DNA of 64,000 nucleotides, taken from Thermoanaerobaculia bacterium. Lineage in GTDB: Bacteria > Acidobacteriota > Thermoanaerobaculia > UBA5066. Of this stretch, positions 28,031 to 37,367 are shown piece by piece (the first letter of the stretch is position 1; each line of letters begins with the position of its first letter). A program made the position numbers and the translations under genes. The stretch lies in NCBI GenBank assembly GCA_022071945.1, contig JAJVIN010000002.1:104941-168940 (forward strand), in the 5' to 3' direction. The notes beneath the pieces were generated by a model, which worked only from the letters and a program-made list of their open reading frames with translations, did no database searches and had not been told where the DNA came from.

Positions 28031-28432
28031 TCAGAGCTTCTGGGGCCCGCCGTACTTCTTCTCGACCTCTTCGCCCTGGTACTTGGAGGGGCACTTGACG
28101 AGGAGCTTCTCGGCCACGAATTCCTTGCCGTGGTACTTCCCGATGGCCACGATCGAGACTGCTTCCTCGAAGTTCGCCGGCTTGATGTCCCGGTACGCAA
28201 CGGGCATGACCGCGCGGGTCTTCTCGTCGATCAGGTTGAAGTGGAGAGTCTTGGTGGACGTGTCGTAGCGGCTCGTGCCCTTTTCGAGCCCGCCCATCAC
28301 CTGAACCGTCCGCTGGGCCTCCCTGGCCTCGTCGAACGTGACGTAGGGAGTCATGGACTTCGTGAACGTGGAGAGCCCGAGCGCCAGGAACGCGATGATG
28401 ATGACGGCGCCGGCCCAGTAGGCTTTCTTCAT
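28031..28432 (-). CDS. ccmE: Heme chaperone CcmE, Cys-type (CxxxY) variant
   Basis: 133 aa with an N-terminal TM anchor and OB-fold-like body. The C-terminal motif LLVKCPSKY (Cys114...Tyr118 by my count) replaces the canonical HxxxY. Confidence 0.85.
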   Translation of the reverse strand: MKKAYWAGAVIIIAFLALGLSTFTKSMTPYVTFDEAREAQRTVQVMGGLEKGTSRYDTSTKTLHFNLIDEKTRAVMPVAYRDIKPANFEEAVSIVAIGKYHGKEFVAEKLLVKCPSKYQGEEVEKKYGGPQKL

Positions 28433-28590
28433 GGTTGGTCCCCCCGGGAAAGGTGTTTCAGGGCGGTCTTCAGCTTGCGTTCGAGGTAGAAGACATAGCC
28501 GAAGAGGCCCGCCCAGATGACGATGTTGACGGCTGCGACGTAGAGAAGGGCTCCGTACAGGGGCTGCGGAGCCGCGGGGATCTCGCTCAA
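28429..28590 (-). CDS. ccmD: Probable CcmD-like small membrane protein
   Basis: 53 codons from TTG overlapping the ccmC stop (TTGA at 28590-28587). Single TM YGALLYVAAVNIVIWAGLFGYVFYL followed by a basic tail. Its stop overlaps the ccmE start. Confidence 0.5.
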   Translation of the reverse strand: MSEIPAAPQPLYGALLYVAAVNIVIWAGLFGYVFYLERKLKTALKHLSRGDQP

Positions 28591-29273
28591 GAGGCCATCT
28601 CCTGCTGCCGGACCGCCTCGGCCTCCCGGAAGAGCCGGGCGACCTTGCGGTCCAGGGAGTAAATCCAGAAGAAAAACACGGTGAATGCCGCGAGAGAAGA
28701 GAAGAACACGAGCCTGATGTCGGGTGACATCTCCACCTTGCCGCGGGGGTTGATGACTGTGTCGGGGTGGAGGGAGGCGTACATTCGCGGCACCGCGAAC
28801 ATCAAGAAGGGCACCGTGACGAAGGCGATCAGGGCGTAGGCCGCCGAGAGGGTGGCCCGGCGCTCGGGATCCTCGATCGCCGCCCTGAGGCCGGTGTAGG
28901 CCCCGTAGACGAGGAGGAGGAGCACGATCGAGGTCTCTCGCGGGTCCCAGTTCCAGTACGAGTTCCACATCACCCGGGCGAAGATCGAGCCCGTGACGGT
29001 GGCGAGAAAGCAGAAGAGAAGCCCGAGCCTCGCCGCGGCCGCGGCCGCGTCATCGGATTCGGGCCGCCTGTTTCTCAGGTAGAGGCCCGAGTGGATCGCG
29101 GCGATCAAGAAAGCCAGGGTCGCGATCCAGGCCATCGGAACATGAAAGAAGACGATGCGGGAGGATTCGCCGACGAAGTTCTCCGCCGGACGGGCGTACA
29201 GAAACGCTGCCCAGAGGATGACCGACATCGAAACCCCGAGAATGACCCTGACGAGAAGGCCCAAGTTCCCCAT
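28587..29273 (-). CDS. ccmC: Heme exporter protein CcmC
   Basis: 228 aa. WNSYWNWDPRET matches the WGxxWxWDPR tryptophan-rich motif. Six TM-like segments. Confidence 0.9.
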   Translation of the reverse strand: MGNLGLLVRVILGVSMSVILWAAFLYARPAENFVGESSRIVFFHVPMAWIATLAFLIAAIHSGLYLRNRRPESDDAAAAAARLGLLFCFLATVTGSIFARVMWNSYWNWDPRETSIVLLLLVYGAYTGLRAAIEDPERRATLSAAYALIAFVTVPFLMFAVPRMYASLHPDTVINPRGKVEMSPDIRLVFFSSLAAFTVFFFWIYSLDRKVARLFREAEAVRQQEMAS

Positions 29274-29316
29274 CCCGGCCCAATGATAAGGCTTCGGCGG
29301 GCCAGGGAGTGTGACG

Positions 29317-30009
29317 CTACTCGCGAAAAACGGCGTCGAAAAGGAAGAACGAGGCTGTCGTCATCACGCCGTCGTATGCAATCAACAGCTTGATCACATC
29401 GATGCCGGCCAGAAACTCGGATTCCGTCGCGGAAAGCCGTGTGCCCGCCACGGAGGCGACCAGGGGAGGCAGGAGAAGGGGAGTCGCCAGGACCGCGAAG
29501 AGAGCCCCCTTGGCGGTCGCCTTCGCGACGATGGCGGCCGTGAACGTGCTCGCCGAAGCCAGCCCGAGAGCTCCGAGAACGAGGACGCACAGAAAGAGGC
29601 CGGGGTTTTCCAGGTGGAACGACATCATCCCGATGTAGAGCGGCACGATCATGGCCAAGACGAGGAAAAGGAGCACCGTGTTGGCCAGGAGCTTGCCGAA
29701 AAACACCGCTTCGGCGGAGGCTGTCAGTCTGAGGGCGGGAGCCGTCCCGCTCTCCTCTTCCTTCACGAAGATCCGGGCCAGCCCCGTCATCGCGGAAAAG
29801 AAGATCACGATCCACAGAAGAACGGAATGAACGACGGGCCGGTCTTCGGGGGCGATTGCGGCGGGGCCGACGGCGTATCCCACCAAGACCAGGACCGCGA
29901 ACGCGAACAGAAGAAGCGTGCTCGTCGCCACGCGAGTCCTCCACTCCGTGCGGAGATCCTTGGACAGGATCGCGATCGACGTCGCCAGAAAGCCTGGACG
30001 GCCGCTCAT
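29317..30009 (-). CDS. ccmB: Heme exporter permease CcmB
   Basis: 230 aa polytopic membrane protein. Start overlaps the ccmA stop (ATGA). Position within the ccm operon. Confidence 0.85.
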   Translation of the reverse strand: MSGRPGFLATSIAILSKDLRTEWRTRVATSTLLLFAFAVLVLVGYAVGPAAIAPEDRPVVHSVLLWIVIFFSAMTGLARIFVKEEESGTAPALRLTASAEAVFFGKLLANTVLLFLVLAMIVPLYIGMMSFHLENPGLFLCVLVLGALGLASASTFTAAIVAKATAKGALFAVLATPLLLPPLVASVAGTRLSATESEFLAGIDVIKLLIAYDGVMTTASFFLFDAVFRE

Positions 30010-30632
30010 AGCGAGATCACCTCGTCCGCGAGCGCGAGGTCCCGCGTGTCATTGGAGGCGATCACGACCGCCCCGCCGCGCCTTTGCCGGGAAACGAACT
30101 TGGCCACGATCGCTCTCCCGGCCTCGTCGAGATTCGAGCTGGGTTCGTCGAGAAGGAGAAGAGGGGGCTCCGCCAGGACGCCGAAGATGAGCTTCAATCG
30201 TTGCCTCTGGCCAGTCGAGAGGAAGCGGGTCTCGATTTCTCTGAGGCGCTTCGGGTCCAGGCCGGCATCCTCGATCAGGTCCTCGATCGCCCCGGTCGAG
30301 AGTCTCAGTCCCTTCAGGCGGCCGAAGAACGCGAGGTTCTCGGCCGGGGTCAGCTCGCCGTAGAGCGCCAGGTCGGGAGCAGTCCAGCCGATCGAACCTG
30401 GAGTCTCCCGAGGGGGGAGCATGGGCGAGCCGGCGTCGCGGGATGACGCCACCGCGACGGTCCCCGAGGACGTGCGGAGGAGCCCGGCGAGCATCTTGAG
30501 GAGAGTCGTCTTGCCGGCGCCGTTTCTTCCCGCGATCCCCGTGACGCGGTTGTGGCCGACGGAAAACGAGAGCGGGCCCAGGATCTTTCGCGAGCCGAAG
30601 GCGCGGGCGACGCGATCACACGTCAGGATCAT
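30006..30632 (-). CDS. ccmA: Heme exporter ATP-binding protein CcmA
   Basis: From ATG 30632 (MILTCDRV). Walker A GRNGAGKTT, signature LSTGQRQRL, Walker B LLLLDEP. The longer track ORF start (30806) was rejected. Confidence 0.88.
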   Translation of the reverse strand: MILTCDRVARAFGSRKILGPLSFSVGHNRVTGIAGRNGAGKTTLLKMLAGLLRTSSGTVAVASSRDAGSPMLPPRETPGSIGWTAPDLALYGELTPAENLAFFGRLKGLRLSTGAIEDLIEDAGLDPKRLREIETRFLSTGQRQRLKLIFGVLAEPPLLLLDEPSSNLDEAGRAIVAKFVSRQRRGGAVVIASNDTRDLALADEVISL

Positions 30633-30650
30633 GCGGGCGGAGGATACAGG

Positions 30651-31358
30651 GTGGAAAATCCTCCCGTGGGCAAAACGCTCCTCGGCTTCCTTCTTTTTCT
30701 CGTCATCTCGCTCTGGCGGATCTCCCTTCGACTGCGCGTTCACGGAGACGAGAACCGCGAGCCGGCGATCCGGGCTGGGCGTCCCATTCTCCACCTTCTC
30801 TGGCATCAGCGGCTCGTTCTCGGAATCCTCGCCTACCCGTTCCGGGGTGCAGTCACCATGGCCTCGCGGAGCAAGGACGGCGACATCATCGCTGCTTTTC
30901 TGAAGTTCTGGGGATTCCGGGTGGCCCGGGGTTCGTCGTCGCGAGGAGGCCGGGAAGCCCTCTCGGAGATGATCGAGCTCGTGGCGGGGACGGCGAGCTG
31001 GTGTGCGTTGACGACGGACGGTCCGCGCGGGCCGGCCCGGAAGAGCAAACCTGGCTTTCTGACTCTCGCGCGTGCCACCAACGCCCTCATGGTTCCGGTC
31101 GGCTCATCGGCTGTCCGCGGCCGGTTCTTGAATTCCTGGGACAGGTTCTTCGTTCCGTTGCCCTTTTCCCGCTGCGTCCTCGTCCACGGTCCCGCGCTTG
31201 CGCAGAATCCGGGAGAACCCGACGAGGAGTTCCTGAACCGGGTCGATGCCGCCATCGATGCCGCCACCGCCGAGGCGGACCGCCTGTGTGGCGTCACCGG
31301 AGCCCCGCGCGAACGGGCGCCTCGGGCCGGCTCCGCGTCTTTGGAGGTCAGATCGTGA
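30651..31358 (+). CDS. DUF374-type lysophospholipid acyltransferase family protein
   Basis: GTG 30651 follows GGAGGA. LWHQRL..., SRSKDGDIIA, VARGSSSRGG, TTDGPRGP motifs are characteristic of DUF374. Divergent from ccmA. Confidence 0.7.
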   Translation: MENPPVGKTLLGFLLFLVISLWRISLRLRVHGDENREPAIRAGRPILHLLWHQRLVLGILAYPFRGAVTMASRSKDGDIIAAFLKFWGFRVARGSSSRGGREALSEMIELVAGTASWCALTTDGPRGPARKSKPGFLTLARATNALMVPVGSSAVRGRFLNSWDRFFVPLPFSRCVLVHGPALAQNPGEPDEEFLNRVDAAIDAATAEADRLCGVTGAPRERAPRAGSASLEVRS

Positions 31359-32344
31359 CCCCCCTTCTTCCGGTGTCCTTCGCCGACGTTGTGGCGGCGC
31401 GAGACCGGATTTCCCCGTTCATTCACAAGACCCCGGTCCTGACCTCCCGGACCCTCGATTCCCGGACTGGGTCGCGGGTGTTCCTGAAGGCCGAGATCTT
31501 CCAGCGGATCGGAGCCTTCAAGGTCCGCGGTGCCTTCTCACGCTTGACGCTCCTGTCGCCGGAAGAGAGGCGCAGGGGAGTCGTCGCATTCTCGTCAGGG
31601 AACCACGCCCAGGCGGTCGCTCTGGCGGCGCGAGAGCTCGGAATTCCGGCCACGATCGTGATGCCCGACGACGCGCCGCGGGCCAAGCTCGACGCGACGC
31701 GCGGATACGGGGCTGAGGTTGTGATCTACGCGCGTTCGACGGGGGCGGGACCCTCGCGAGAAGAACTGGCGAGGCGAATCGTCGACGAATCCGGCGCCGT
31801 CCTCGTTCCGCCGTTTGATGATCGTGCCGTCATCGCGGGCCAGGGCACGCTGGCGGTGGAGCTTCTCGAGGAGGTTCCGGACCTCGACATCCTGATCACG
31901 CCGTGCGGCGGGGGCGGGCTCCTGTCGGGGTGTTGTGTCGCCGCAGTCGAACTCCGGCCGGGGATCCGCCTCTACGGCGTCGAACCCGAGGCCGGGGACG
32001 ACGTCAGAAGGTCTCTGGAGAAGGGCGAGCCCGTGGCCATTCCCGTCCCGGCAACGATCGCGGATTCTCTGCAGACGACGAGAGTCGGGAATCTCACCTT
32101 CGCGATCCTCCGGGAGCTTGCATCCGGAATCGTCACGGTTCCCGACAGAGCTCTGATCGATGCCGTCCGGTTCTTGGTGGAGAGGCTCAAGCTCGTCGTC
32201 GAGCCGGGCGGGGCAGCGGCCTTGGCCGCTCTCCTGTCCGACCGAGTTCCCGGGTGCCGCGGACTTCGAGCCGGCGTCGTCCTTTCCGGGGGGAATGTCG
32301 ACCTGGATCGCCTCGGGGACTGGCTCGTCAACGAAGGTGGATGA
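31355..32344 (+). CDS. PLP-dependent threonine/serine dehydratase family enzyme
   Basis: GTG 31355 overlaps the upstream stop (GTGA). IGAFKVRGA (PLP lysine) and SSGNHAQAVA motifs. 329 aa. Confidence 0.8.
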   Translation: MTPLLPVSFADVVAARDRISPFIHKTPVLTSRTLDSRTGSRVFLKAEIFQRIGAFKVRGAFSRLTLLSPEERRRGVVAFSSGNHAQAVALAARELGIPATIVMPDDAPRAKLDATRGYGAEVVIYARSTGAGPSREELARRIVDESGAVLVPPFDDRAVIAGQGTLAVELLEEVPDLDILITPCGGGGLLSGCCVAAVELRPGIRLYGVEPEAGDDVRRSLEKGEPVAIPVPATIADSLQTTRVGNLTFAILRELASGIVTVPDRALIDAVRFLVERLKLVVEPGGAAALAALLSDRVPGCRGLRAGVVLSGGNVDLDRLGDWLVNEGG

Positions 32345-32963
32345 GGAGCCCGGCGCCCACGGAAAGGTAGCCCGCCTTGCGTCCGGTCATGGACTGTACG
32401 GATTCGGCCTCGAGAAAGACGTAGCGTCCGTCCGCGATCAGCGTCGTCCTGGGTTTCAGCCTGTATTCCAGGCCGAGGCCCGCGTGGAACGCGAAGACAT
32501 GTTCCGTCCCGGAGACCGCGCCCGAATTCCTGACGAGGTGGTAGCCGCCGCCCAGGATCGGATGGGGCTGGACCCTGGAGTTCTCGAGGAGAAATACGAG
32601 AGCCGAGACGGTGAGCGACGCCTCGAGGATGTCGAGATCCCTGGCGTTCGCGGGGCCATAGGAGGCCTGACGGATGGCCAGGGAGGCCTCGACGCCGAGA
32701 CCCCCGGTGATGCGGCCTCGCCCGCTGAACTGTCCGAAGAAAGTCCCGCTGCTCTCCGCCGTCGGGATCGAGTACCTGATGGACCCGCCGAGGCCCAGGC
32801 CGGGATCGGAGAGAGGTTGAGCCGCCAGGCTGCCCGGAAGCAGGGCAGGTGAGAAGAACAGGGCGGCCATGATCAGCAAAGAGAAGAGCCGCGCCGGGTG
32901 CCAGAAAGAGCTTCTCTCGTCGATTCCACGAGGTGAGGTGAAGACCTGGCCGCGTTCGTCCAT
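32328..32963 (-). CDS. Small outer-membrane beta-barrel protein (OmpW/OmpA-barrel-like)
   Basis: C-terminal 211 codons of track ORF 32328..34106. Signal-like LFSLLIMAALFFSPALLPGSLAAQ. Alternating strands ending in GAGLLIHLR. The rest of the 592-aa ORF is antisense to the kinase gene. Confidence 0.6.
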   Translation of the reverse strand: MDERGQVFTSPRGIDERSSFWHPARLFSLLIMAALFFSPALLPGSLAAQPLSDPGLGLGGSIRYSIPTAESSGTFFGQFSGRGRITGGLGVEASLAIRQASYGPANARDLDILEASLTVSALVFLLENSRVQPHPILGGGYHLVRNSGAVSGTEHVFAFHAGLGLEYRLKPRTTLIADGRYVFLEAESVQSMTGRKAGYLSVGAGLLIHLR

Positions 32964-32975
32964 AATTGGCGGGTC

Positions 32976-35810
32976 GTGAGGAAGAGGACCTGGAAGACCG
33001 AGTTGCCTCCGCTGATCGGGGTGACCATCGGGCAGTTCATCGCGTTGCGGCTGATGGAGTGGGCTCCGGCCGCGGCGGAGACGGACGAGATCGCTCGAGT
33101 CCTGGTTCATTTCAACTACTTCTACGCCCCCTTCATTCTCACCGCGTTCTTCCTGTTTTTCGCGTATCGCCTTCTCAAGACGATCGTGGATGTTCGGGGA
33201 ATCGACTGGTGGGGCTTTTTGCGAGCTATCGCGGGCTACCTCGTGATCGCGGCCGCGATTCCGATCGGGGCGCACTTCGATCAACTTCTGGCGCTTCTCG
33301 GGTATGTCTCGCCTTCCTTCGGGGACTCGGCCCGGACACTTCGCGAGGGCGGGTTTTACAAGACTCTCTTCCAGAACGACTGGATTCGGCTCGCCATGGA
33401 TCTCGTGGGCGTCGTCGTCGCCTTCGTCGCGTTTCGGATCGGGTCGACTCCACCTGACGAGGAGTCGGTCGCGAGCGATGTGGCCAAGTCCGGTGACTGG
33501 GGCCGGGCCGGCGATCTGTATCTGAAGGCCGGAGACGTCAAGGCGGCCAAGAAGGCGTTCAAGAAGGGTAACCTGCCCCACCGTCTCGCGGCGCTCGAGC
33601 TCCGAGAGAACAACTTCGCCGAGGCCGCCAGGCTCTTCGAGGAGGCCGGCAGCGCCCACGCCTGGGACGCCGCAAAGAGCTACGAGGCGGCCGGAGATCA
33701 AACGAATTACCGCCGGCTCCTGACGGAAGCGATGGCAGACGCCCGCTCGACTGCCAAGTGGGAGCGCGTGGTCGAGATCGCGGAGGCAACCGGCGATCTC
33801 GAGGCCCTCGAGGAGGGATCCCGCCGCCTGGCCGAGAGCAAGGCGGCCGGCCCTGGAAGAACTTCGCTTTTCCAGAAAGCGGCCAAGGCAGCCGTTGCCC
33901 GGGGAAACATGCTGGGCGCGGCGGAGTGCCACCGCGCGGCAGGAGACTTCCTCTTGGCCGCGGACGCCTATCGCAAGGCCGGCAAGATCCTGGAGGCCGC
34001 GAAGGACTTCGAGCGGGGGGGCGACCTTCTCAACGCCGCCCGGGCGCAGAAGGAAGCGGGCAACGAGAAGCCCGCCTACGAGCTCCTGGCGCGGGACTCC
34101 GAGCAAAAAGGAGATCTCGACCGCGCGGCGGAAGCCTGGTTCCGGGCCGGGGCGTTCGACCGGTCAGCCGCCATCTTCGAGCGGCGCGGGAACATCCAGC
34201 GCGCCGGCGAGATCTACTTGCAGGCGAACCGGATGGATCGCGCGGCCCCGCTCCTCCACAAGTCTGGCGACATCGGCCGCGCGGCTCCCGCCTACGAGGC
34301 AGCGGGCCGGATCGACATGGCCGCCTTCCTTTATCGCGACCTGGGCTACCACGAAAAAGCGGCGGCGCTCTTCCGCACGGTCGGAAAGATCACCGAGGCG
34401 GCCCAGTGCCTCGAGATGGTCGGACGGCTCGAGGAAGCGATCCCGCTCTACAGCAGGGCCTCGCGCGGACTCGATGCCGCGCGCTGTGCCCTGAAGGCGG
34501 GGCACCGGGACCAGGCCTGGGAGCACTTGATCACGGTCCCCAGGAGCACGCCCGGCATCCCTCAGATGTTCATCCAGCTGGCCGAGGCGCACCTGAGATC
34601 GAACGAGGTCAGCGACGCGATCCACGTCCTGCGGGAATTCGTCGGGTCCACCTACCCCACCCGGAACAGCCTCGTGGAGTTCGAGGCCCTCTCGCGGGCA
34701 CTCGAGGCGGCAGGGGAGTACCACGAGGCGGCCGAGATCATGGGACGGATCGCGGAGATCGATCCCGGCTTCAAGAACGCCGGGCCCCGGGCGCAGGCGC
34801 TCGGCCAAAAAGGCCAGACGAAACGCCTGGCTGCCTCCGTGCCGTCTCCGGAGCTCGTCCCGTCGTCGCAGCTCTCCAGGGCACCCATCATGCCGACCGC
34901 CGGCCCGCCTGCCGTGCAGGCGCTCCAGGCGAGCCAGCCCACGCTCCATCCCAGGACTCCATCAGGCGTGTTCCAGCCGTCGCGGTTGAGTGGCCGTTCC
35001 ACCGCCTTCTCGCTCATCGCCGATCCCTCGATCCGCTACGAGGTCCTCTCCGAGCTGGGAAGAGGCGGGATGGGAGTGGTCCACAAGGCCCTCGACAGAA
35101 AGCTCGACCGCTACGTCGCGCTCAAGATCCTCCCGGCGACGCTCTGGGGGGACGAGACGGCGATGAGGTACTTCGAGCGTGAGGCCAAGGCCATCGCCGC
35201 CATGAGCCACCCGAATGTCGTGGCGCTCTACGACTTCGGGGAAGGATTCGGAAGCGCCTACCTCGCGATGGAATACCTCGAGGGCCCAACCCTCCAGTCG
35301 TACATGAAGAGCGACCTGGAGAAGGTGCAGAAGAACTGGCGGGACTACTTCATCCAGGCGGCGCGGGGAGTGGCGGCCGCCCACGCGAAGGGCATCCTGC
35401 ACAGAGACATCAAGCCTGCAAACCTGATGCTCGATGGACACGGGACGCTGCGTATCCTGGATTTCGGCCTGGCGAGGCCCGAGGCCGACTCGGGCCTCAC
35501 GTCGAAGCTCATCGGGACCCCGGCGTTCTTCCCGCCCGAACTCCTTCGCGGCGAGACGCCCAGTCCCGCATCCGACGTCTACTCGCTCGGGGCGACCTTC
35601 TATACGCTTGCCACGGGGCGCTGGCCCTACACGGGAGACGACATCCTGGTGGCGCGCCTCGAGCGGGATCCGGAAGATCCGCGCAACTTCGCTCCGTTCC
35701 TCGGCGAGGACGAGGTCTATGTCCTGTTGAAGTCCATGCACCGCTTCCGCCCGGAGAGGTACCAGGACGCCGGCCAGCTTCTCGCGGCCCTTCTGGCGAT
35801 GGACGCCTAG
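32976..35810 (+). CDS. Membrane-anchored Ser/Thr protein kinase with N-terminal TM region, long helical-repeat region and C-terminal kinase domain
   Basis: 944 aa. Kinase motifs GRGGMGVVHKA, HRDIKPAN, DFGLAR lie in the last ~280 aa. The central region has many ~20-aa A/G/D/R-rich helical repeats (AGDxxxAAxxY-like). Confidence 0.85.
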   Translation: MRKRTWKTELPPLIGVTIGQFIALRLMEWAPAAAETDEIARVLVHFNYFYAPFILTAFFLFFAYRLLKTIVDVRGIDWWGFLRAIAGYLVIAAAIPIGAHFDQLLALLGYVSPSFGDSARTLREGGFYKTLFQNDWIRLAMDLVGVVVAFVAFRIGSTPPDEESVASDVAKSGDWGRAGDLYLKAGDVKAAKKAFKKGNLPHRLAALELRENNFAEAARLFEEAGSAHAWDAAKSYEAAGDQTNYRRLLTEAMADARSTAKWERVVEIAEATGDLEALEEGSRRLAESKAAGPGRTSLFQKAAKAAVARGNMLGAAECHRAAGDFLLAADAYRKAGKILEAAKDFERGGDLLNAARAQKEAGNEKPAYELLARDSEQKGDLDRAAEAWFRAGAFDRSAAIFERRGNIQRAGEIYLQANRMDRAAPLLHKSGDIGRAAPAYEAAGRIDMAAFLYRDLGYHEKAAALFRTVGKITEAAQCLEMVGRLEEAIPLYSRASRGLDAARCALKAGHRDQAWEHLITVPRSTPGIPQMFIQLAEAHLRSNEVSDAIHVLREFVGSTYPTRNSLVEFEALSRALEAAGEYHEAAEIMGRIAEIDPGFKNAGPRAQALGQKGQTKRLAASVPSPELVPSSQLSRAPIMPTAGPPAVQALQASQPTLHPRTPSGVFQPSRLSGRSTAFSLIADPSIRYEVLSELGRGGMGVVHKALDRKLDRYVALKILPATLWGDETAMRYFEREAKAIAAMSHPNVVALYDFGEGFGSAYLAMEYLEGPTLQSYMKSDLEKVQKNWRDYFIQAARGVAAAHAKGILHRDIKPANLMLDGHGTLRILDFGLARPEADSGLTSKLIGTPAFFPPELLRGETPSPASDVYSLGATFYTLATGRWPYTGDDILVARLERDPEDPRNFAPFLGEDEVYVLLKSMHRFRPERYQDAGQLLAALLAMDA

Positions 35811-35832
35811 GCCTAGGCGGCGGGCGAGCTCG

Positions 35833-36279
35833 TCACACCCTCAGTTTCTCGGGAACGATGCCCCGCTCCAGGCACCGGCGGTAAAGGGCCTTGCGGGTCT
35901 TGCTGAGCCACACGAAGAGCTGCTTGGCGTTCTCGAACTTGATCTTTTCGGCCGGTTCCTGGGAGGTCCCCTCGCATCCCACGATGTCGTACTCACGGCA
36001 GATGAGAGGCCGGTTCTCGTAGATCCCGCACAGTCCGTCCGGACGGAGGAACTCGCACGTCGTCGGAAAGACGATGAACCAGTCGTTGTCGTGCGACTGG
36101 TAGATCGAGATATCCTTGTGGTAGAGGAACCACAGGATCGTGGAGATGCGGCGAACGGAGTCGGGCGGGTCGATGCCAACGGCGACGTGCTTGCAGCACT
36201 TGGCGCAGGACGGACACACATCTATGGGGGCGAGGCCGGGCAGCCCGTCCGGCGGTAATGTAGGCAGGTTCGACTTCAT
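35833..36279 (-). CDS. YkgJ-family cysteine-cluster (zinc/iron-chelating) protein
   Basis: 148 aa. CPSCAKCC N-terminal cluster plus CGIYENRPLICREY, typical of the UPF0153/YkgJ family. Confidence 0.75.
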   Translation of the reverse strand: MKSNLPTLPPDGLPGLAPIDVCPSCAKCCKHVAVGIDPPDSVRRISTILWFLYHKDISIYQSHDNDWFIVFPTTCEFLRPDGLCGIYENRPLICREYDIVGCEGTSQEPAEKIKFENAKQLFVWLSKTRKALYRRCLERGIVPEKLRV

Positions 36280-36314
36280 GGTCGCTCCGGAACGAAACTC
36301 TGGGAGGAGATTAG

Positions 36315-37349
36315 ATGAAGGCAGTCCTGCTGAGAAGTCACGGGGGCAACGAGAACCTCGAGATCGGAGAGATTCCAGAAAAAAAGCCTGGCCCCGGCGA
36401 GGTCCAGGTCCGAATCACAGCCGCCGCTCTCAACCGCCTCGATCTCTTCGTTCGCAACGGAATCCCGGGAGTGAAGCTCGCCTTTCCCCATGTACCCGGC
36501 GCGGACGGCTTTGGAACCGTCTCGGCGGTGGGCGACGGGGTGTCGCGGCTGAAGGAAGGGGATGCCGTGGTTCTTCAGCCCGGCCTCTTCTGCGGCCGGT
36601 GCGAGTTCTGCCGCGATGGCGAGATCAGCCTTTGCGTCGACTACGGGATCCTCGGGGAACACGCGGCGGGGACGCTTGCGGAGTTCGTCACCGTTCCAGA
36701 AGCCAACGTTTTCCGGGCCCCTGCGGGGTTGACTCCCGAAGAAGGCGCCGCCTTTCCGCTCGCGGGCATGACCGCCTGGCGGATGCTGGTGACGAGGGCC
36801 CGGCTGCGGCCGGGCGAGAGCGTCCTCATCCATGGCATCGGCGGCGGGGTCTCGGTCTTCGCGCTGCAGATCGCCCGGGTGTGCGGTGCCGCCTCGGTCT
36901 TTGTCACGTCGAGCTCCAGTCAGAAGCTCGAGAAGGCGATGGAGCTCGGAGCCGACCACGGGTTGAACTACACGAAGGAGGACGTGGGCAAACGCGTCCG
37001 CGAGCTCACCGGCAAGCGCGGCGTCGACGTCGTGGTCGACTCGGTCGGACAGGCGACATGGCGCGCTTCCTTGACGGCTGCCGCCAAGCGGGGCCGCATC
37101 GTGACCTGTGGCGCGACATCGGGACCGAACCCGGAAGAAGAGATCCGCATCATCTTCTGGAAGCAGCTCGACATCCTTGGCTCGACGATGGGAACGAGCC
37201 GGGAGTTCACGGGGCTTCTCAGTGCCGTCGAAGCCGGCCGCATCCGGCCGGTCGTCGACTCGGTCTTCCCTCTCTCGGAGCCGGTGAAGGCGTACGAGCG
37301 GCTCGAATCCCCGGCGGGCTTCGGCAAGGTCGTCGTCTCGGTCAGTTGA
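36315..37349 (+). CDS. Zinc-type alcohol dehydrogenase / quinone oxidoreductase (MDR superfamily)
   Basis: 344 aa. GHVPGADGFG-like zinc site, CGRCEFCRDGEISLC structural zinc loop, GIGGGV cofactor motif. GGGAGGAG RBS. Confidence 0.88.
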   Translation: MKAVLLRSHGGNENLEIGEIPEKKPGPGEVQVRITAAALNRLDLFVRNGIPGVKLAFPHVPGADGFGTVSAVGDGVSRLKEGDAVVLQPGLFCGRCEFCRDGEISLCVDYGILGEHAAGTLAEFVTVPEANVFRAPAGLTPEEGAAFPLAGMTAWRMLVTRARLRPGESVLIHGIGGGVSVFALQIARVCGAASVFVTSSSSQKLEKAMELGADHGLNYTKEDVGKRVRELTGKRGVDVVVDSVGQATWRASLTAAAKRGRIVTCGATSGPNPEEEIRIIFWKQLDILGSTMGTSREFTGLLSAVEAGRIRPVVDSVFPLSEPVKAYERLESPAGFGKVVVSVS

Positions 37350-37367
37350 GAATCCCATGGGCTGGCG

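Noticed and set aside
25618-28200. N-terminal extensions of ccmF (to 28200), ccmA (to 30806), nuoJ (to 61730), the 8-site cytochrome (to 52686), the mtrA-like gene (from 20072) and the mtrC-like gene (from 18061)
   Set aside because: The extensions are low-complexity Arg/Ser/Pro sequence and overlap neighbouring genes. Internal ATGs have Shine-Dalgarno sequences and give proper N-termini or signal peptides.
28429-28968. 179-aa minus-strand ORF overlapping ccmC
   Set aside because: It is out of frame with the well-supported ccmC. Only its last 53 codons (downstream of the ccmC stop) look like a real small membrane protein, called here as ccmD-like.
32328-34106. 592-aa minus-strand ORF
   Set aside because: Only the C-terminal 211 codons (from ATG 32963) look like a signal peptide plus beta-barrel. 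The remainder is antisense to the kinase gene 32976..35810.
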